A DNA stretch of 64,000 bases from an uncultured Spirochaetota bacterium (GCA_963783575.1 CAWAOD010000011.1:32001-96000); one strand, 5' to 3'. Positions 20,815 through 32,574 are shown, counted from the stretch's first letter. Notes: generated from the sequence alone by a model not told the origin. Numbers and translations: made by a program.

Positions 20815-22272
20815 ATGAAAACAAGATTTTCTGGCTTTTTTATTGCCCTTATTTTATTAGTGCTTTTGTCATGCTGTTCATTAGCGCAGAGTGGAGGAAG
20901 TGGAAGTAGCAGCAATATAGGCGGCAGCAGCAGCAGTATCACAACCAACAGCTTTAGCTCATACACTAATAGCGATGGTGTTATCTATACTAATACAGGG
21001 ACTTATTGGATTTTATCATCGGGCGCCATCACAAGCGGAAATATTACAATTCTATCAAATATCAATGGGATTCCTGTAAACAGCATTGGTGACTACGCAT
21101 TTTGCGTTTGTACTAGACTTACAAACATTAATATTCCTCCCAGTATTATAAGCATCGGTTATGAAGCATTTGCTTATTGTTCCGGTCTTAGCGGAATAAT
21201 CATACCCTCCGGCATAAAAAGCATCGGCAACAGCGCATTTTATTCCTGCAACAATCTTATAAATGCTGAAATACCGACCGGTGTTACTAACATCGGCGAT
21301 TACGCATTTGCGTACTGTTCAAGTCTTACAAGCATTACCATCCCATCAGGCGTTACAAGCATAGGTAATAACACATTTTGGAATTGCACCAACTTAACCG
21401 GGATAGTCATCCCCTCCAGTATTGCAAACATTGGCAGCTACGCATTTAATTCCTGCACCAGTCTTACAAATATTGTCATCCCCTCCGGCGTTGCCAGTAT
21501 AGGTAATTATGCGTTTACATACTGTTCAAGTCTTAGTGGAACAATAAACATTCCCTCCGGAGTCAAATATATCGGAGCCGGAACATTTCAGGAATGTTCC
21601 GGTTTAAATAGTGTCAACATTCCCTCTGGCGTTTTAAGCATCGGCGACTTCGCATTTTATGGATGTTCCGGCCTGACCGGTATAGCCATTCCATCCAGTG
21701 TTACAAGCATTGGAAACGAAGCATTTTCAGGATGTACCGGTTTTACCAATATCATCATCCCCACTGACGTTATGAGCATAGGTTACTGTGCATTTTTTGC
21801 ATGTTCAAACGCAACCGGCATAACCATCCCCTCAGCCGCCACAAATATTGAGTATGACGCATTCTGGGGATGTTCCGGTATGACTGGAACTATAATCATA
21901 CCTTCAGGCGTTAAAAATATCGCAGACGGAACATTCCAGGGATGTTCCGGTGTTACCGGCTTCATTATTTCCACCGGCGTTACAAGCATTGGCACGGAGG
22001 CTTTTTCTTCGTGCAGCGGCTTTCCCGGCATAACCATCCCATCTAGTGTTACTAACATCAACATGCTGGCATTTTTTGGCTGTTCAAGCCTGACCAGCGT
22101 CACTGTTCAAGAGACTACTCCTCCGGCTTTGCAATTAGGCTCAGGGGGAACAGCAGGGGCATTTAACAATTGCGCCGGTGGATTGCAGCTCCATGTCCCT
22201 TCTGGATGTGTTTCCGCTTATCAGACGGCGACCGGGTGGAGTTCGTATTCGAATATAATAGTTTCGCCTTAA
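20815..22272 (+). CDS. BspA-type leucine-rich-repeat surface lipoprotein
   Basis: many 23-aa IPSGVTSIG..AF..CS.LT repeats; signal peptide ending LSCC; Ser/Gly linker. Confidence 0.9.
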   Translation: MKTRFSGFFIALILLVLLSCCSLAQSGGSGSSSNIGGSSSSITTNSFSSYTNSDGVIYTNTGTYWILSSGAITSGNITILSNINGIPVNSIGDYAFCVCTRLTNINIPPSIISIGYEAFAYCSGLSGIIIPSGIKSIGNSAFYSCNNLINAEIPTGVTNIGDYAFAYCSSLTSITIPSGVTSIGNNTFWNCTNLTGIVIPSSIANIGSYAFNSCTSLTNIVIPSGVASIGNYAFTYCSSLSGTINIPSGVKYIGAGTFQECSGLNSVNIPSGVLSIGDFAFYGCSGLTGIAIPSSVTSIGNEAFSGCTGFTNIIIPTDVMSIGYCAFFACSNATGITIPSAATNIEYDAFWGCSGMTGTIIIPSGVKNIADGTFQGCSGVTGFIISTGVTSIGTEAFSSCSGFPGITIPSSVTNINMLAFFGCSSLTSVTVQETTPPALQLGSGGTAGAFNNCAGGLQLHVPSGCVSAYQTATGWSSYSNIIVSP

Positions 22273-22499
22273 ACAAATAAGTTATTACTCGAGTTTCGTG
22301 CCCCAATAAAAATAGGATAAATGTATATATATTAATAAGTTAAAATCTGAATGAAACATCAATTTCTGCTATAATATGTTGTAACCTAATCATGCAAAAA
22401 AGGAGAATTATCATGCTGTTGAGATTTAAAAATATAGTCTAATGGACAATTGATGATAAAGTTTTTACCGTAATAGTTGTTATTTTCATGTAAAACAAA

Positions 22500-22845
22500 T
22501 GTTGACGGATAAAATAGTTTTGCACTGGATCAGGCAAATATCAATCGATTATAAAGCAATTTCTTAATATCATGTGAAATAAAGTTGTGCACTGGTAAAT
22601 TCAGTAGAATGAATTAATATTAAAAAATCATCGGGCACTCTCATATACAATAAGTTAAGTTTCCTCGCGTAAAAGCCCATGAACCTTCAAAATTCAAGAT
22701 GACTAATTCAGTACACAACTTTTTTGTTCTGTAAACAACTTTTTTGGTCAGGGAACAACTTTTTTGTCCTCTGACATCAGTTCATAACTTTTTTATATAC
22801 TTCACAACTATCTTATTCAGTTCACAACTATTTTATAAACTCACA
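22500..22845. repeat. cluster of internal Tn7-type ends (one left-type, two right-type)
   Basis: TGTTGACGGATAAAATAGTT at 22500; three 20-bp-periodic acaacttttttg sites ending ...ctgaca at 22776; three ttca(c/t)aact sites ending ...ctcaca at 22845. Confidence 0.8.
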
Positions 22846-23839
22846 CCACCATTTTATCACTTGGTCTAATATGCCAACTTTCGACTTCTATTATCCAAGA
22901 GGGATTAATAATCTTATCATAGGGATTTTGAATAATAATTGGTTCATAATTTGGTGTTTCTAAATGAATTCTATCAACTAAATACAAAAAATATTGATCT
23001 TTTTTAAGTTTAGCAACATCTACCTCATTTCTTGACCAATAAAAATTTAGCCTTTCAGCAAATGATTTTACTTCAATATATTTGTCGATCAATTTTGATT
23101 CTTTATTTAGAAATGAAACAATATCATATCCAGCATTTACATCTATTTTACTGATGATTTTAATCTGATCAATAAAATTATGATCATTCAATCTTTGAAG
23201 TTCATAAGTTAGTACAAAATCTTCGGCATCATCTCCAAGTTCTGATTTGTATAATTGTAACTCTCTAAGACGTTCTAATGAAATAGTAGTTTTATTATTT
23301 TTAGAATAAAGTATTAAAATTGGAATGATTTCTTCTACAAAGTACTTAAGATACTGGATACTGATCAATAAAGTACTTGAAGTTCTATTATAAACAAAAA
23401 AACCGATACTAATTAATAAATTTCTTATTCCTGAAAAATCAAGGGGTATTAAATTCATACCAATAGAAGCCGTTGAAGCTATTACATCAAATTTAATCTT
23501 ATTAATATCAAGGAACCTATCAAGAACATTGTTATCAATGAATTTCTGAAATAATATCTTCAATAAAATTATTTTTAGATCATCATCATTTTTTTCTTGT
23601 GCATATAATCCAAATTCACTTAAATAAACTTCTCCATTCGAGTCTATGATCACCCAAGTTAAAAACTCAAGCAAATCTAACACACCTTTATAACAATAGG
23701 CTAGTTCTACTGATTGCCCTATACAATATCTTTCAATATCAACAACTTTCATTGATCGAGATGATAAAAGATATTTAAAGAGAAAAACAATAGATTCAAA
23801 AGAACCAAAATTATTGTTTTGTTGAATTTTGTGAAACAT
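22841..23839 (-). CDS. DUF3883 (NO VEIN C-terminal)-like PD-(D/E)XK nuclease domain protein
   Basis: LGDDAEDFV...GYDIVSF...YIEVKS...FYWSRNE. Confidence 0.75.
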   Translation of the reverse strand: MFHKIQQNNNFGSFESIVFLFKYLLSSRSMKVVDIERYCIGQSVELAYCYKGVLDLLEFLTWVIIDSNGEVYLSEFGLYAQEKNDDDLKIILLKILFQKFIDNNVLDRFLDINKIKFDVIASTASIGMNLIPLDFSGIRNLLISIGFFVYNRTSSTLLISIQYLKYFVEEIIPILILYSKNNKTTISLERLRELQLYKSELGDDAEDFVLTYELQRLNDHNFIDQIKIISKIDVNAGYDIVSFLNKESKLIDKYIEVKSFAERLNFYWSRNEVDVAKLKKDQYFLYLVDRIHLETPNYEPIIIQNPYDKIINPSWIIEVESWHIRPSDKMVV

Positions 23840-25783
23840 AATTGTTTATTAATGCCATAATATCATCCAAATCTGTATTTTCATTTAACCTATTAAATAA
23901 TGGTATTGGTTAATGTTCGATAATTTTTATCATACGCTCCTCTTTAAATATCAATCTATTATGGATTGTTCTATCTGTATTGTTATCTGATAGTAAATAA
24001 TAATAGTTTATTTTATCTCCTTTTTCTAGCCCATAACGATGGATACGATCTTTTGATTGAATGAAATGTGCAGCATTAAAAGTTCTTTCAATGTAAATTG
24101 CAGTATGACAAGCTTTATGTAATGAGATTGACTCTGAAATAGCGAAGGGATTTGCAATGATCACTTTAAATTTACTTTGCGGATTATGAAATTATTTAAC
24201 TATACTTTCACGCGTAGATTCAGAATTGTTATCATCATCTTGTTCAACAGGTGTAGCTCCATATAAAGTCTGATTCTCGATCCCAATAGATGATAAATAT
24301 TCTGATAGATCAAGAATATTTTTTATGAATATAGCCCAAACAATTATCTTCTCTCCTTTCTCAATCAATTTTTTTAACATCTCACCTAAATATATGAATT
24401 TCCTAGGTACTTCTAATTGATCATACGATATGATCTTTTGTATTATTAATGAATCATCAATAAAGGTTTCCATACTAATCTCTTCTTCATCAAAAAAAGT
24501 ATCTATTGGTTTTTGCAATAATGCTGGATTTGTTGATACTTGCATTAGTCTTATAAGACGAGCTTTTGTAAGAGCGTTCATTAGATTTTTTGTGGAATTT
24601 TTAGCTTTAAAAAATTCATATATTTATTTTCAATAAAGTTGTAGATTTCTCTTTGAACTGGCCCCATAGACACAATTATCGGTTCATTTTCAATAGGTTC
24701 GGGTATCTTTAAATCACTTTTACGAATACGTAAGAAAAAAGGGGAAATATTAGATAAAAGTTTTGATATACGAGGATCATTTGTATTTTGAGACATATCC
24801 TTAAGCTGATAAGGATAAAAATTTATAATATTTTTTGTTGGCCAAATAAATTGAAAAAGATTATCCATATCCTCATACCCATTTGGCGCAGGGGTACCGG
24901 TCAAAACAACCCTTGACTCACAATATTTTGATAAAGTCAACACAGAATTAGCAATTATTCCACCTTCAATATTTTTTATTTTGTGTGCTTCGTCAAGTAT
25001 GACCATTGTTCGATATTTTTTCAAGAAAAAAATTATATCATCTAATATTCCAGGTACGCCTAGATATGATAATAATGTTAATTCAGCAGGATAAGAAGAA
25101 TATAAGTGCTTTATACGTTCTGATTTAGGGACCCCTCCTGATATTCTCTTTGAGGATGGCTTATGACCAAAGCATTCAAAATATTCATTCTCCCAAGGTC
25201 CAAAAGAACTTAATGGTCCTATGATCAACAGTCTGTCAATCTTTTTCGGGTCATTATCAGGCAATGTTTTTAGATATGAATATGCTCCATAAACTATACT
25301 TGTCTTACCAGATCCTGGTACCGAAAAATTACAAGCATTTTGAGAGAAAGCCAAATGGTAAGATGATAGTAACTGAAGTGGATATAATCTTCTAGAGGGT
25401 AAATTTATGATTAGACTATCTGTAAACTTTTTAAATTGATTCAGTTGTAAATCGTCCAACTGATTGTTTCGAATATCAAAAGCTTGCTTGGAGAATAACT
25501 TAAAATTTTCTTCCTCTTGATAATAATCCCGAAGAATTTCCTTTATTGTTGACGTTGTACTTTCTGTAAAACCAAATTTTTGCAATAATTTCTGAATATT
25601 TTGTAAGACAACTTCTTTTTCCTCGGTTTCAAAAGGAATTTTAAGATGATCTTTTACTTCAATAACATGTAAATAATCCCGTAAATATATCAAAGATCTT
25701 CGATTCGATATAAGATTAATAATATCTCCTGAAAGAATATAAAGATTCTTCTGAGTATCAATATCAATTTCAATTACTGGCAC
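23808..25783 (-). pseudogene. SNF2-like SF2 helicase/ATPase, broken by one frameshift and two in-frame TAA codons
   Basis: SVPGSGKT, ILDEAH, LTGTP and QSKDRIHRYG motifs across ORFs 24581-25783, 24192-24581 and 23910-24164. Confidence 0.85.
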
Positions 25784-27070
25784 TTTTTCTTCTCTTTGCT
25801 ATCATTTTTTTAAACTCATAAGTAATACTATTAATTTCACATATTTTACTTTCTACATCAGAAGAATAAAAAGATTCGGTATCAGTATTTAAAGAATTCA
25901 ATGCATTTAATGCTTTTACTAGTAGTTCCATAGGTTGGTCTGATTTATTTAAGTCATCTAGTCTGCTTTTAGCTTTACCCAAATTCTCTTTAAGCTTATC
26001 TTCTACTAATTTTTCCCAATCCTCATCTCTACCTGAAAGTATTTTTGAAAGATCGGCTTTAGGGTTTTCTTCACGTAATTCTTCAATCGGTTTTTCTTGA
26101 ATTGTCTCAATATTATTCTTATGATTTTCTTCAAATTCTTTCCAAACTTCTTCGCGACTAAATATACTTTCATTTTTACTTGGTTTAGCTATGTTCCGAA
26201 ACTCTTTTCCTTCATACTGAGCACGAATATAATCATAACAGATTGATTTCAAAACGGATAAATCTAACTCACTATAGGGCCATTCGATAGGAGTACTTTT
26301 ATTCTCATATCGTTCCATATAACCACTTAGATTAACAAACTGGCCTTCTCTTTTATCAAGCCTTGTATAAATGCCTTCATATTTCAAATAGGAAAGATAA
26401 TCGTTCATCATTTCCATGATCTTTAACCATTCTTTTATTTGATTTTTGTCCGTGGCCATCATTTTGGCAATATCTGATTCTTCGAAACCAAATACTATCT
26501 TGAGATCTTTGCACCTTAAATATTTTTCGATTGGATTGTAATCAACCTTCTCGTCTTCCCCCATTTGATATTCGGTCTCTAATTTTACTATCTCTTTGGT
26601 TTCTGCTCCTTCAGGAAGTATTGCAGCGATAAAATATTTACAATTTTCAACATTATTATTATTTTTATTATGAATTTCTCTTGCAAGATATATTTTATTG
26701 AGAAGCATTGCTCTCCGATTTCCATCAATGATCATTCCGTCATTAGTGACAATACCATATATTCTCTGTCCATCTCTTATAAGACTATCCTCAGTGTTTT
26801 TATTTCTATCTAATTTCGAATCCCATAAGAATTTTTCAATGATCTTTTTATCATCATCTTTTTCAGCATCCAAAGGATGATCTTGTTTTTCAAATGATTT
26901 CACGAGGCTGCCAATACGACCGTTGTATTTATTATATATCAAATATTCAAGAGGGATTTTAAAAACATTAAAAGGACTAACACCTTTATAATTAATCCTG
27001 ACACCGGTCATGTATGGTGTATCATTTGCTTGAATTTCAGCCAGCTTTTTTACCCTGACTCTTTTGTCAT
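25770..27070 (-). CDS. ParB/Srx-like domain protein with a helical C-terminal region
   Basis: GQRIYGIVTNDGMIIDGNRR motif; own ggagg RBS and ATG at 27070, one base out of frame with the 739-aa ORF. Confidence 0.6.
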
Positions 27071-28692
27071 TTATTCCTCCTAATTCCATATTTGAAATAA
27101 TCAGTTTCATAGTATAATAACCAATTATGATTGATTTTGGAACAGGATAAGGGATATCAGTGATCATGATTTCTCTTAAATTTTCTTTATTTAAAAAAGA
27201 TATCTTTATAAATTTCTTTACTTCTTCTAGTAATTCATTTGGTCCCATTAAATTATTTTTCTTACGATCTTTTGCTATCATACAATATACTTCTTGAAAT
27301 TTACTAAAGTTATAATCCTTACAAAGGATTCTTTTGCTAAAGGAATTGATCAATTGAAATTCAGTGTCTGTGAAAGCTGATGATTCAATTTCTGGAGTAT
27401 ATTGTGTTGCTTTCTTTCCTTGACTTCGATGTATTTCGACATCCCATTTAAACACTTTATTTAAAAAATCAGAATGATGATTAGTTAATTCAACGCGAAA
27501 TGTTTTTAATTTCAAATAAGGGATATGATATTTGAACCTACTATTAGGCAATCTTGGTTTTTCTTTAGTTATTTTTAATGTTTTATAGTTTAGATTAATA
27601 AAATCTTGATCATTATATCTTTTAATTGGAATATACCTATCATTTGCCAACATAGTTTTTTCTTCTTGTACTATTGCAGATGCAAATGCGTAAGCCATTT
27701 TTGGAGGAACTGCATTACCAACTTGTTTATATTTAATACTGATGCTTTCACCATAGAATAAATAATCGATCGGGAAGCTCATTAAACTAGCCACTTCTCG
27801 AATTGTAGGAGCTCGATATTTACTAATATTAAATCCTAATATCATTGATTCTCTAGAACTAAATGTCAATGTTGCCATCACGGTTCTTGCAGGTTTGTTA
27901 GTGTTTTCAGGGAAAGACATCCTTCCCATATAACCCTTATCTTTTTTTAAGCCTTTCAGCTTTTCTCCATTGATATTTCGCAATCTCATGGATATAATGA
28001 TGGTCTGTCATATTTGATGATAAAATTGAAAGGTTTTTGTAATTAGGATCATTGACAATATTATCCAAATTTTGATTTGGATTACCTAAAGAATCAAGAA
28101 TCTTTTTTAAAGGAATAAGTTCTTGATCACATTGAATAATATATGAAGGTTTAGGAAATTCTCCACAAATAAACCGTTTTCTTCTGGATGGTACACCAAA
28201 ATATTCTGCATAATAAACATGACTGTTATCATTCTTAACAGTTAAAATAAAATTTCCATCACAGTCAAGTTCTGCAGCAGTATAGTTATCTTGAACGAAA
28301 TTTTGGATATTTGGAACATTTTCCATAATCCAATACTTTAAAATTGAATCTTTTTTATATTTCTTTCTTGCAATAATACGCAAAAATGCCTTGACAAGAC
28401 TGACTCCTTTAGATTTATCTGCTTTACCAGATTTATTAGAATTTGAAAAAGCGACACAAGGAGGGGAACCAATTATTATTTCAGAGTCAGGGATTATATC
28501 ATTAAATTCCTTTTCTGGAAGCATTGATAGTTTAACAACATCTCCCTGATAAGTATAACACGTAGGGTGATTAGCTCTATGAGTTTTTACAGCTGTTGGT
28601 GATATATCTATAGCCCAGATTATCTCGAAACCAGCATTTCGAAAACCCTCAGAAAAACCTCCAGCTCCACAAAAAAGATCAACTACCCTCAA
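27040..28692 (-). CDS. C5-cytosine DNA methyltransferase with a long C-terminal extension; frameshift in an A-run near 27945
   Basis: DLFCGAGG, GSPPC, MENV, PSRRKR, TIREVASLMSFP and QVGNAVPP motifs. Confidence 0.9.
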
Positions 28693-28713
28693 AGTATTTC
28701 TCCCAAGATGACA

Positions 28714-29166
28714 TCATCCATAAATTTTTTTTACTTGATCAATATACAACTGTATATTATTATTAATCTTACACTCCCACATCACCAATACTTTCCATCC
28801 TTTATCTTTGAGTTGTTGTATTTTAAAATTATCTCGTTCAACGTTTTTTTTAAACTTAGAAATCCAAAAATCTGTATGAGATTTTGGAATAGAAGGATTG
28901 CAAAAAGGACATCTGTGCCAAAAACAGCCATTTACAAATATGGCAATCTTTCTGCCAGGATAGCAAATATCTGGTTTACCCGGCACTTTTCCCCAATGCA
29001 ATCTATAACCTTTCATTTTATTAACAAAAAGGCTCTTTCTTAATATTATTTCTGGTTTAGTGTTTTTATTCTTTATTGTACTCATTATTCTTGATGTTAT
29101 TTCTTTTTCAGGAATAGGTGCTCGACCATCCCTTATGTATTTATCGCGCATTAAATTTAATATCAT
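28714..29166 (-). CDS. vsr: very short patch repair endonuclease
   Basis: SRIMSTIKNKNTKPE, GKPDI, FVNGCFWH, GWKVLVMWEC. Confidence 0.92.
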   Translation of the reverse strand: MILNLMRDKYIRDGRAPIPEKEITSRIMSTIKNKNTKPEIILRKSLFVNKMKGYRLHWGKVPGKPDICYPGRKIAIFVNGCFWHRCPFCNPSIPKSHTDFWISKFKKNVERDNFKIQQLKDKGWKVLVMWECKINNNIQLYIDQVKKIYG

Positions 29167-29381
29167 AAATATTCAACATCCTTTTGATTTTACATATGTA
29201 ATAAAAACTTCAAATTAAACAAAAAAATCATGTATCTTATTATTGATATTATAATTAGATTATAAATACTTGTCAATTTATTGTATCTCAACTTAATTAT
29301 TAAACGAATTTATAGAATTATTTTATGTCAGTTTAAGTTTAGTCGAATATGATATTAACTCTCCATATAATCACTATTTTA

Positions 29382-30983
29382 TTAAATTATAGAAAAATAA
29401 TTAATAATTATTTCCTCAATCCTTCTTCCCCAATCTTCAATACTTTGTCCTTTGACATGCTTAACAAATTTATATTTAAGACCTTCCTGCCTATTTAGAA
29501 AAGCAGTATTCCAGTGAAAATATTTATCTGCTAACATATTCAGATTATCAATAATTACATTACTATAATCATTAATTTCAAATCTGAATTGAAAAACCAA
29601 GGTAGATGCTGATTCACCATTTATTCGATTGATCTCAACAAGATAACATGTACCTATATCACTACCATCAATTCGGACAACAGTGCAGATCCTGCCGTCA
29701 CTGGAAATCCTTTTTTTACTATAAAGATTAATGAAAGTAATGGATATTTCCCAGTTTTTGTGTTTTTTCCGGATATAATCAATAACATCTAAAAAGTCTT
29801 CCAGACCTGGAAAAGTTTTATCCGCCAATCGGTCAAATGATAAAAACTCAATCGACCTGATCTGCCCGCCCCTTGTCCAATCCCTGACAGTTCCAATCAA
29901 TTCAGGCGATACATTTGAAGGTCCCTCTTGTGATGTTTTTCTGGCTTTATATTTATTATCCCGATCCCGTATTTTTATAACGATAGGTGCTCGTTTAAAA
30001 CTTGCTCCTAAATGACCGGATGTTACTTTGACAGTTTTTTCCCACCTGTTCGCGTCTTCTCCGGTCTCGTCAGGAAATATTTCCGGAAAACCATCAGAAA
30101 CAGATCCATTTTTATTATTTCCATCCGGGACATCTTCAAATACCGGTTGAATAAGATTAGGGGATTTGTATTTTATTTCACTGAAAGGATGCACTAACCG
30201 CTTTCTTTCAATTAGTTCTAATATAAGGAAAATGTCATTATATTTCAATCCCCGGTATCGCCAGATTTCACCAGGAATCACTGGAGGATCTGTTACAACA
30301 GGTATTCCATAAGAAAAACCTTTCCTAGGGTCACCGTATCTCCTTATTGCCTCAATATAAATGTTCCTATAAACAGAACACCAGGCATTATACCCTTTTT
30401 CATAAAAACGCAGCCAGGTAAAATATGAAATGGCATCATCCCTGAGTAAAATTTTAGGAAAATCAGGGGTTAATGTTATTTCCAGATTTTTATTATTAAT
30501 ATTATAAGATTCGATGAAAAAATCCAATCCGCTTGTTTCAAGTATCCGGTTTGCAAGAAGCCGGTAAGGAGTTAGAATTTTGCGGACTATTTCCATATAA
30601 GGAATATAATAATTAATTGAAGATATTTTAAAACTGCAAAGTAACTGGTTCCTGTAAAATGTATTATTATAAAATGGGTACAATTCCTTTGGAATATCTA
30701 ATCCTGAATTTTTGCTGAAATCAACATCACCTGGGAATATCAGAATTCCTCCTGAACCGGAAGCTTCAGATATAGCAGTTCCGTCCATATATTTACACCC
30801 TGTGCGAAGTATTGGCAAATAACCAATGGGTAGTCTTTCATCACTGAAACTCCCGTCCTGTCTTCTAAAGAGAACCCTGATATCCCATTGCTGCTCACTG
30901 TTCAAGACCGGTGAGCCAAGCCAGTATAATTCCACTTTATCACCAGGATCGAAATTCCAAGGAGTTATCCTAAAACCACTCAT
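29382..30983 (-). CDS. tnsE: TnsE-like Tn7 target-selection protein
   Basis: 533 aa, directly after tnsD; C-terminal R...VVRI...YLVEI.R...SASTL...W...VKH pattern resembles the TnsE C-terminal domain (by eye). Confidence 0.65.
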   Translation of the reverse strand: MSGFRITPWNFDPGDKVELYWLGSPVLNSEQQWDIRVLFRRQDGSFSDERLPIGYLPILRTGCKYMDGTAISEASGSGGILIFPGDVDFSKNSGLDIPKELYPFYNNTFYRNQLLCSFKISSINYYIPYMEIVRKILTPYRLLANRILETSGLDFFIESYNINNKNLEITLTPDFPKILLRDDAISYFTWLRFYEKGYNAWCSVYRNIYIEAIRRYGDPRKGFSYGIPVVTDPPVIPGEIWRYRGLKYNDIFLILELIERKRLVHPFSEIKYKSPNLIQPVFEDVPDGNNKNGSVSDGFPEIFPDETGEDANRWEKTVKVTSGHLGASFKRAPIVIKIRDRDNKYKARKTSQEGPSNVSPELIGTVRDWTRGGQIRSIEFLSFDRLADKTFPGLEDFLDVIDYIRKKHKNWEISITFINLYSKKRISSDGRICTVVRIDGSDIGTCYLVEINRINGESASTLVFQFRFEINDYSNVIIDNLNMLADKYFHWNTAFLNRQEGLKYKFVKHVKGQSIEDWGRRIEEIIINYFSII

Positions 30984-30987
30984 TTTC

Positions 30988-32571
30988 TCAGCCTACCTTA
31001 TCTATAGAATAAGTATGATTGGAATATCTTTTTATTTCTTCTTCTATTTCTTCATTAATCTTTGAAGAATAACCCGGTCTGATCCCTGCTTTACGTATGA
31101 TTTCCCATTTTTGTAAACATTTTCCATCAGAATTTAATTCTGCGGCAACCCACCTGATCCTTCTTATCCTGAATTTTTCCACTGATTCTGTAACTTTTTT
31201 TATATATACCATTGTATCTGGCATTTTATCGGGATGTCTATTAAGCCAGACCCGTGCTCCGGATTTTCTCCCGATTACATTTACCGTTATTCTTTCCGGT
31301 TTTAACTTACTTTCAAGCATCGCTTTTGTAATAAGTTTTGCTTTTACAAGGGTTTCCCTATCCCTCCGGGTCCAGTCGATTCTATGTGGATTATATTTAT
31401 TTATAACAGAGCATGGGGAAATATTATCCAGCCAGGCTTTGTCGTTCCTGATAAGCCAGGAGAATGTTTTATGTTTTTTGTTTGCCAGGATTGTTCTATT
31501 TACACCGGGATATTTATTTATTATGTCTACCCATTCATTCCTGTATTTTTCCTGTTCCGGAATGTTACAGGATTGTGTTTCATGAAAGCGTTGTTCGGTT
31601 TTTATCTCGTTTAATTTAAGCCATTTTATTTTAAAAAAATTCCTGGAATCCCCGCACAAATAGCGCATCATAAGAAGATGGCGGACAGGATGGAATGATT
31701 TCTCATGTTTTCTTATTATTTTTATCGGCCAGCTGTGAAGATCGGCAATTGAGAAATCCGATTGAACCATTCTGAGAAACTCGCTTCCATAATAATTATG
31801 GAGATCATTTATAAACTCGTTTAGGAAATGTCTCCTGTCTTTCTTTTTTATTAAACCTCGATCCGCAAGTAAATAAAGGTACTTGCGCCTGAAACCCTCT
31901 TCAATATCCTGCGATCTCCTGATTATTTCATAGTTATCATAGACCCATTGTATATCAGCCGCTAATCCATCAAGTTTCTCAATAATTTTATCCCCAAACA
32001 ACACATTTTGGGTATTATCCGGATAATTATCCGGGCTTGCTTCTGAAAATTCATTCTTTTGATCCGGGTGAATCCTAAAAGAACTATAATGAAGGACTTT
32101 CTTATGGTCCGGGCAAATCAGTACTCCGGGAGTATTTTGGATCCGGTGCCAGTAATATTCCCCATGATTTAAAAGATCTTCCCTGCAACAATCCGGGCAG
32201 AATTGAAAAAAGGGAAATATATGGACTGAACTTACCGTGATACCTGTTTTTATGTAGATATTCCCTCTATAGGGCTTTCCCATGGTTTTGTATACTGATT
32301 TTGCTCTGATGGCAGGCAAAAAGGCTGTATAAAATGGATAAAGAGTATGGTTTATTATCAAATCTTTCTTTGTTAATTGATTGTAAAATGGTAAATTCCG
32401 GACGAGATAATCAATATGGCAGGGCGGATCGACAGAAGCAATAAACCTTGGATTTCCAAACAATTCCCGGGTTGTTGTCCTGAAAAAGATATTTCCGCTT
32501 CGGATATGAGCTCTCGCTACGATACTATATAACAACTCTCCTTTGTAAGGTTGTGGAAAATAACACAGCAT
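30988..32571 (-). CDS. tnsD: TnsD/TniQ target-selection protein
   Basis: YFPQPYKGELLYS, HTLYPFY, FCPDC, YWHR...CPDH zinc finger, RIDW..RD. Confidence 0.9.
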   Translation of the reverse strand: MLCYFPQPYKGELLYSIVARAHIRSGNIFFRTTTRELFGNPRFIASVDPPCHIDYLVRNLPFYNQLTKKDLIINHTLYPFYTAFLPAIRAKSVYKTMGKPYRGNIYIKTGITVSSVHIFPFFQFCPDCCREDLLNHGEYYWHRIQNTPGVLICPDHKKVLHYSSFRIHPDQKNEFSEASPDNYPDNTQNVLFGDKIIEKLDGLAADIQWVYDNYEIIRRSQDIEEGFRRKYLYLLADRGLIKKKDRRHFLNEFINDLHNYYGSEFLRMVQSDFSIADLHSWPIKIIRKHEKSFHPVRHLLMMRYLCGDSRNFFKIKWLKLNEIKTEQRFHETQSCNIPEQEKYRNEWVDIINKYPGVNRTILANKKHKTFSWLIRNDKAWLDNISPCSVINKYNPHRIDWTRRDRETLVKAKLITKAMLESKLKPERITVNVIGRKSGARVWLNRHPDKMPDTMVYIKKVTESVEKFRIRRIRWVAAELNSDGKCLQKWEIIRKAGIRPGYSSKINEEIEEEIKRYSNHTYSIDKVG

Positions 32572-32574
32572 ATC

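Noticed and set aside
22706..22845. 20-bp periodic repeats as a CRISPR array or iterons
   Set aside because: There are no unique spacers and no cas or rep genes; the spacing and terminal ACA fit TnsB sites.
25770..27989. Genuine methyltransferase-ParB fusion (739-aa ORF)
   Set aside because: An internal ggagg RBS and ATG at 27070 are one base out of frame, so a single-base deletion joining two overlapping genes is the simpler explanation; needs read confirmation.
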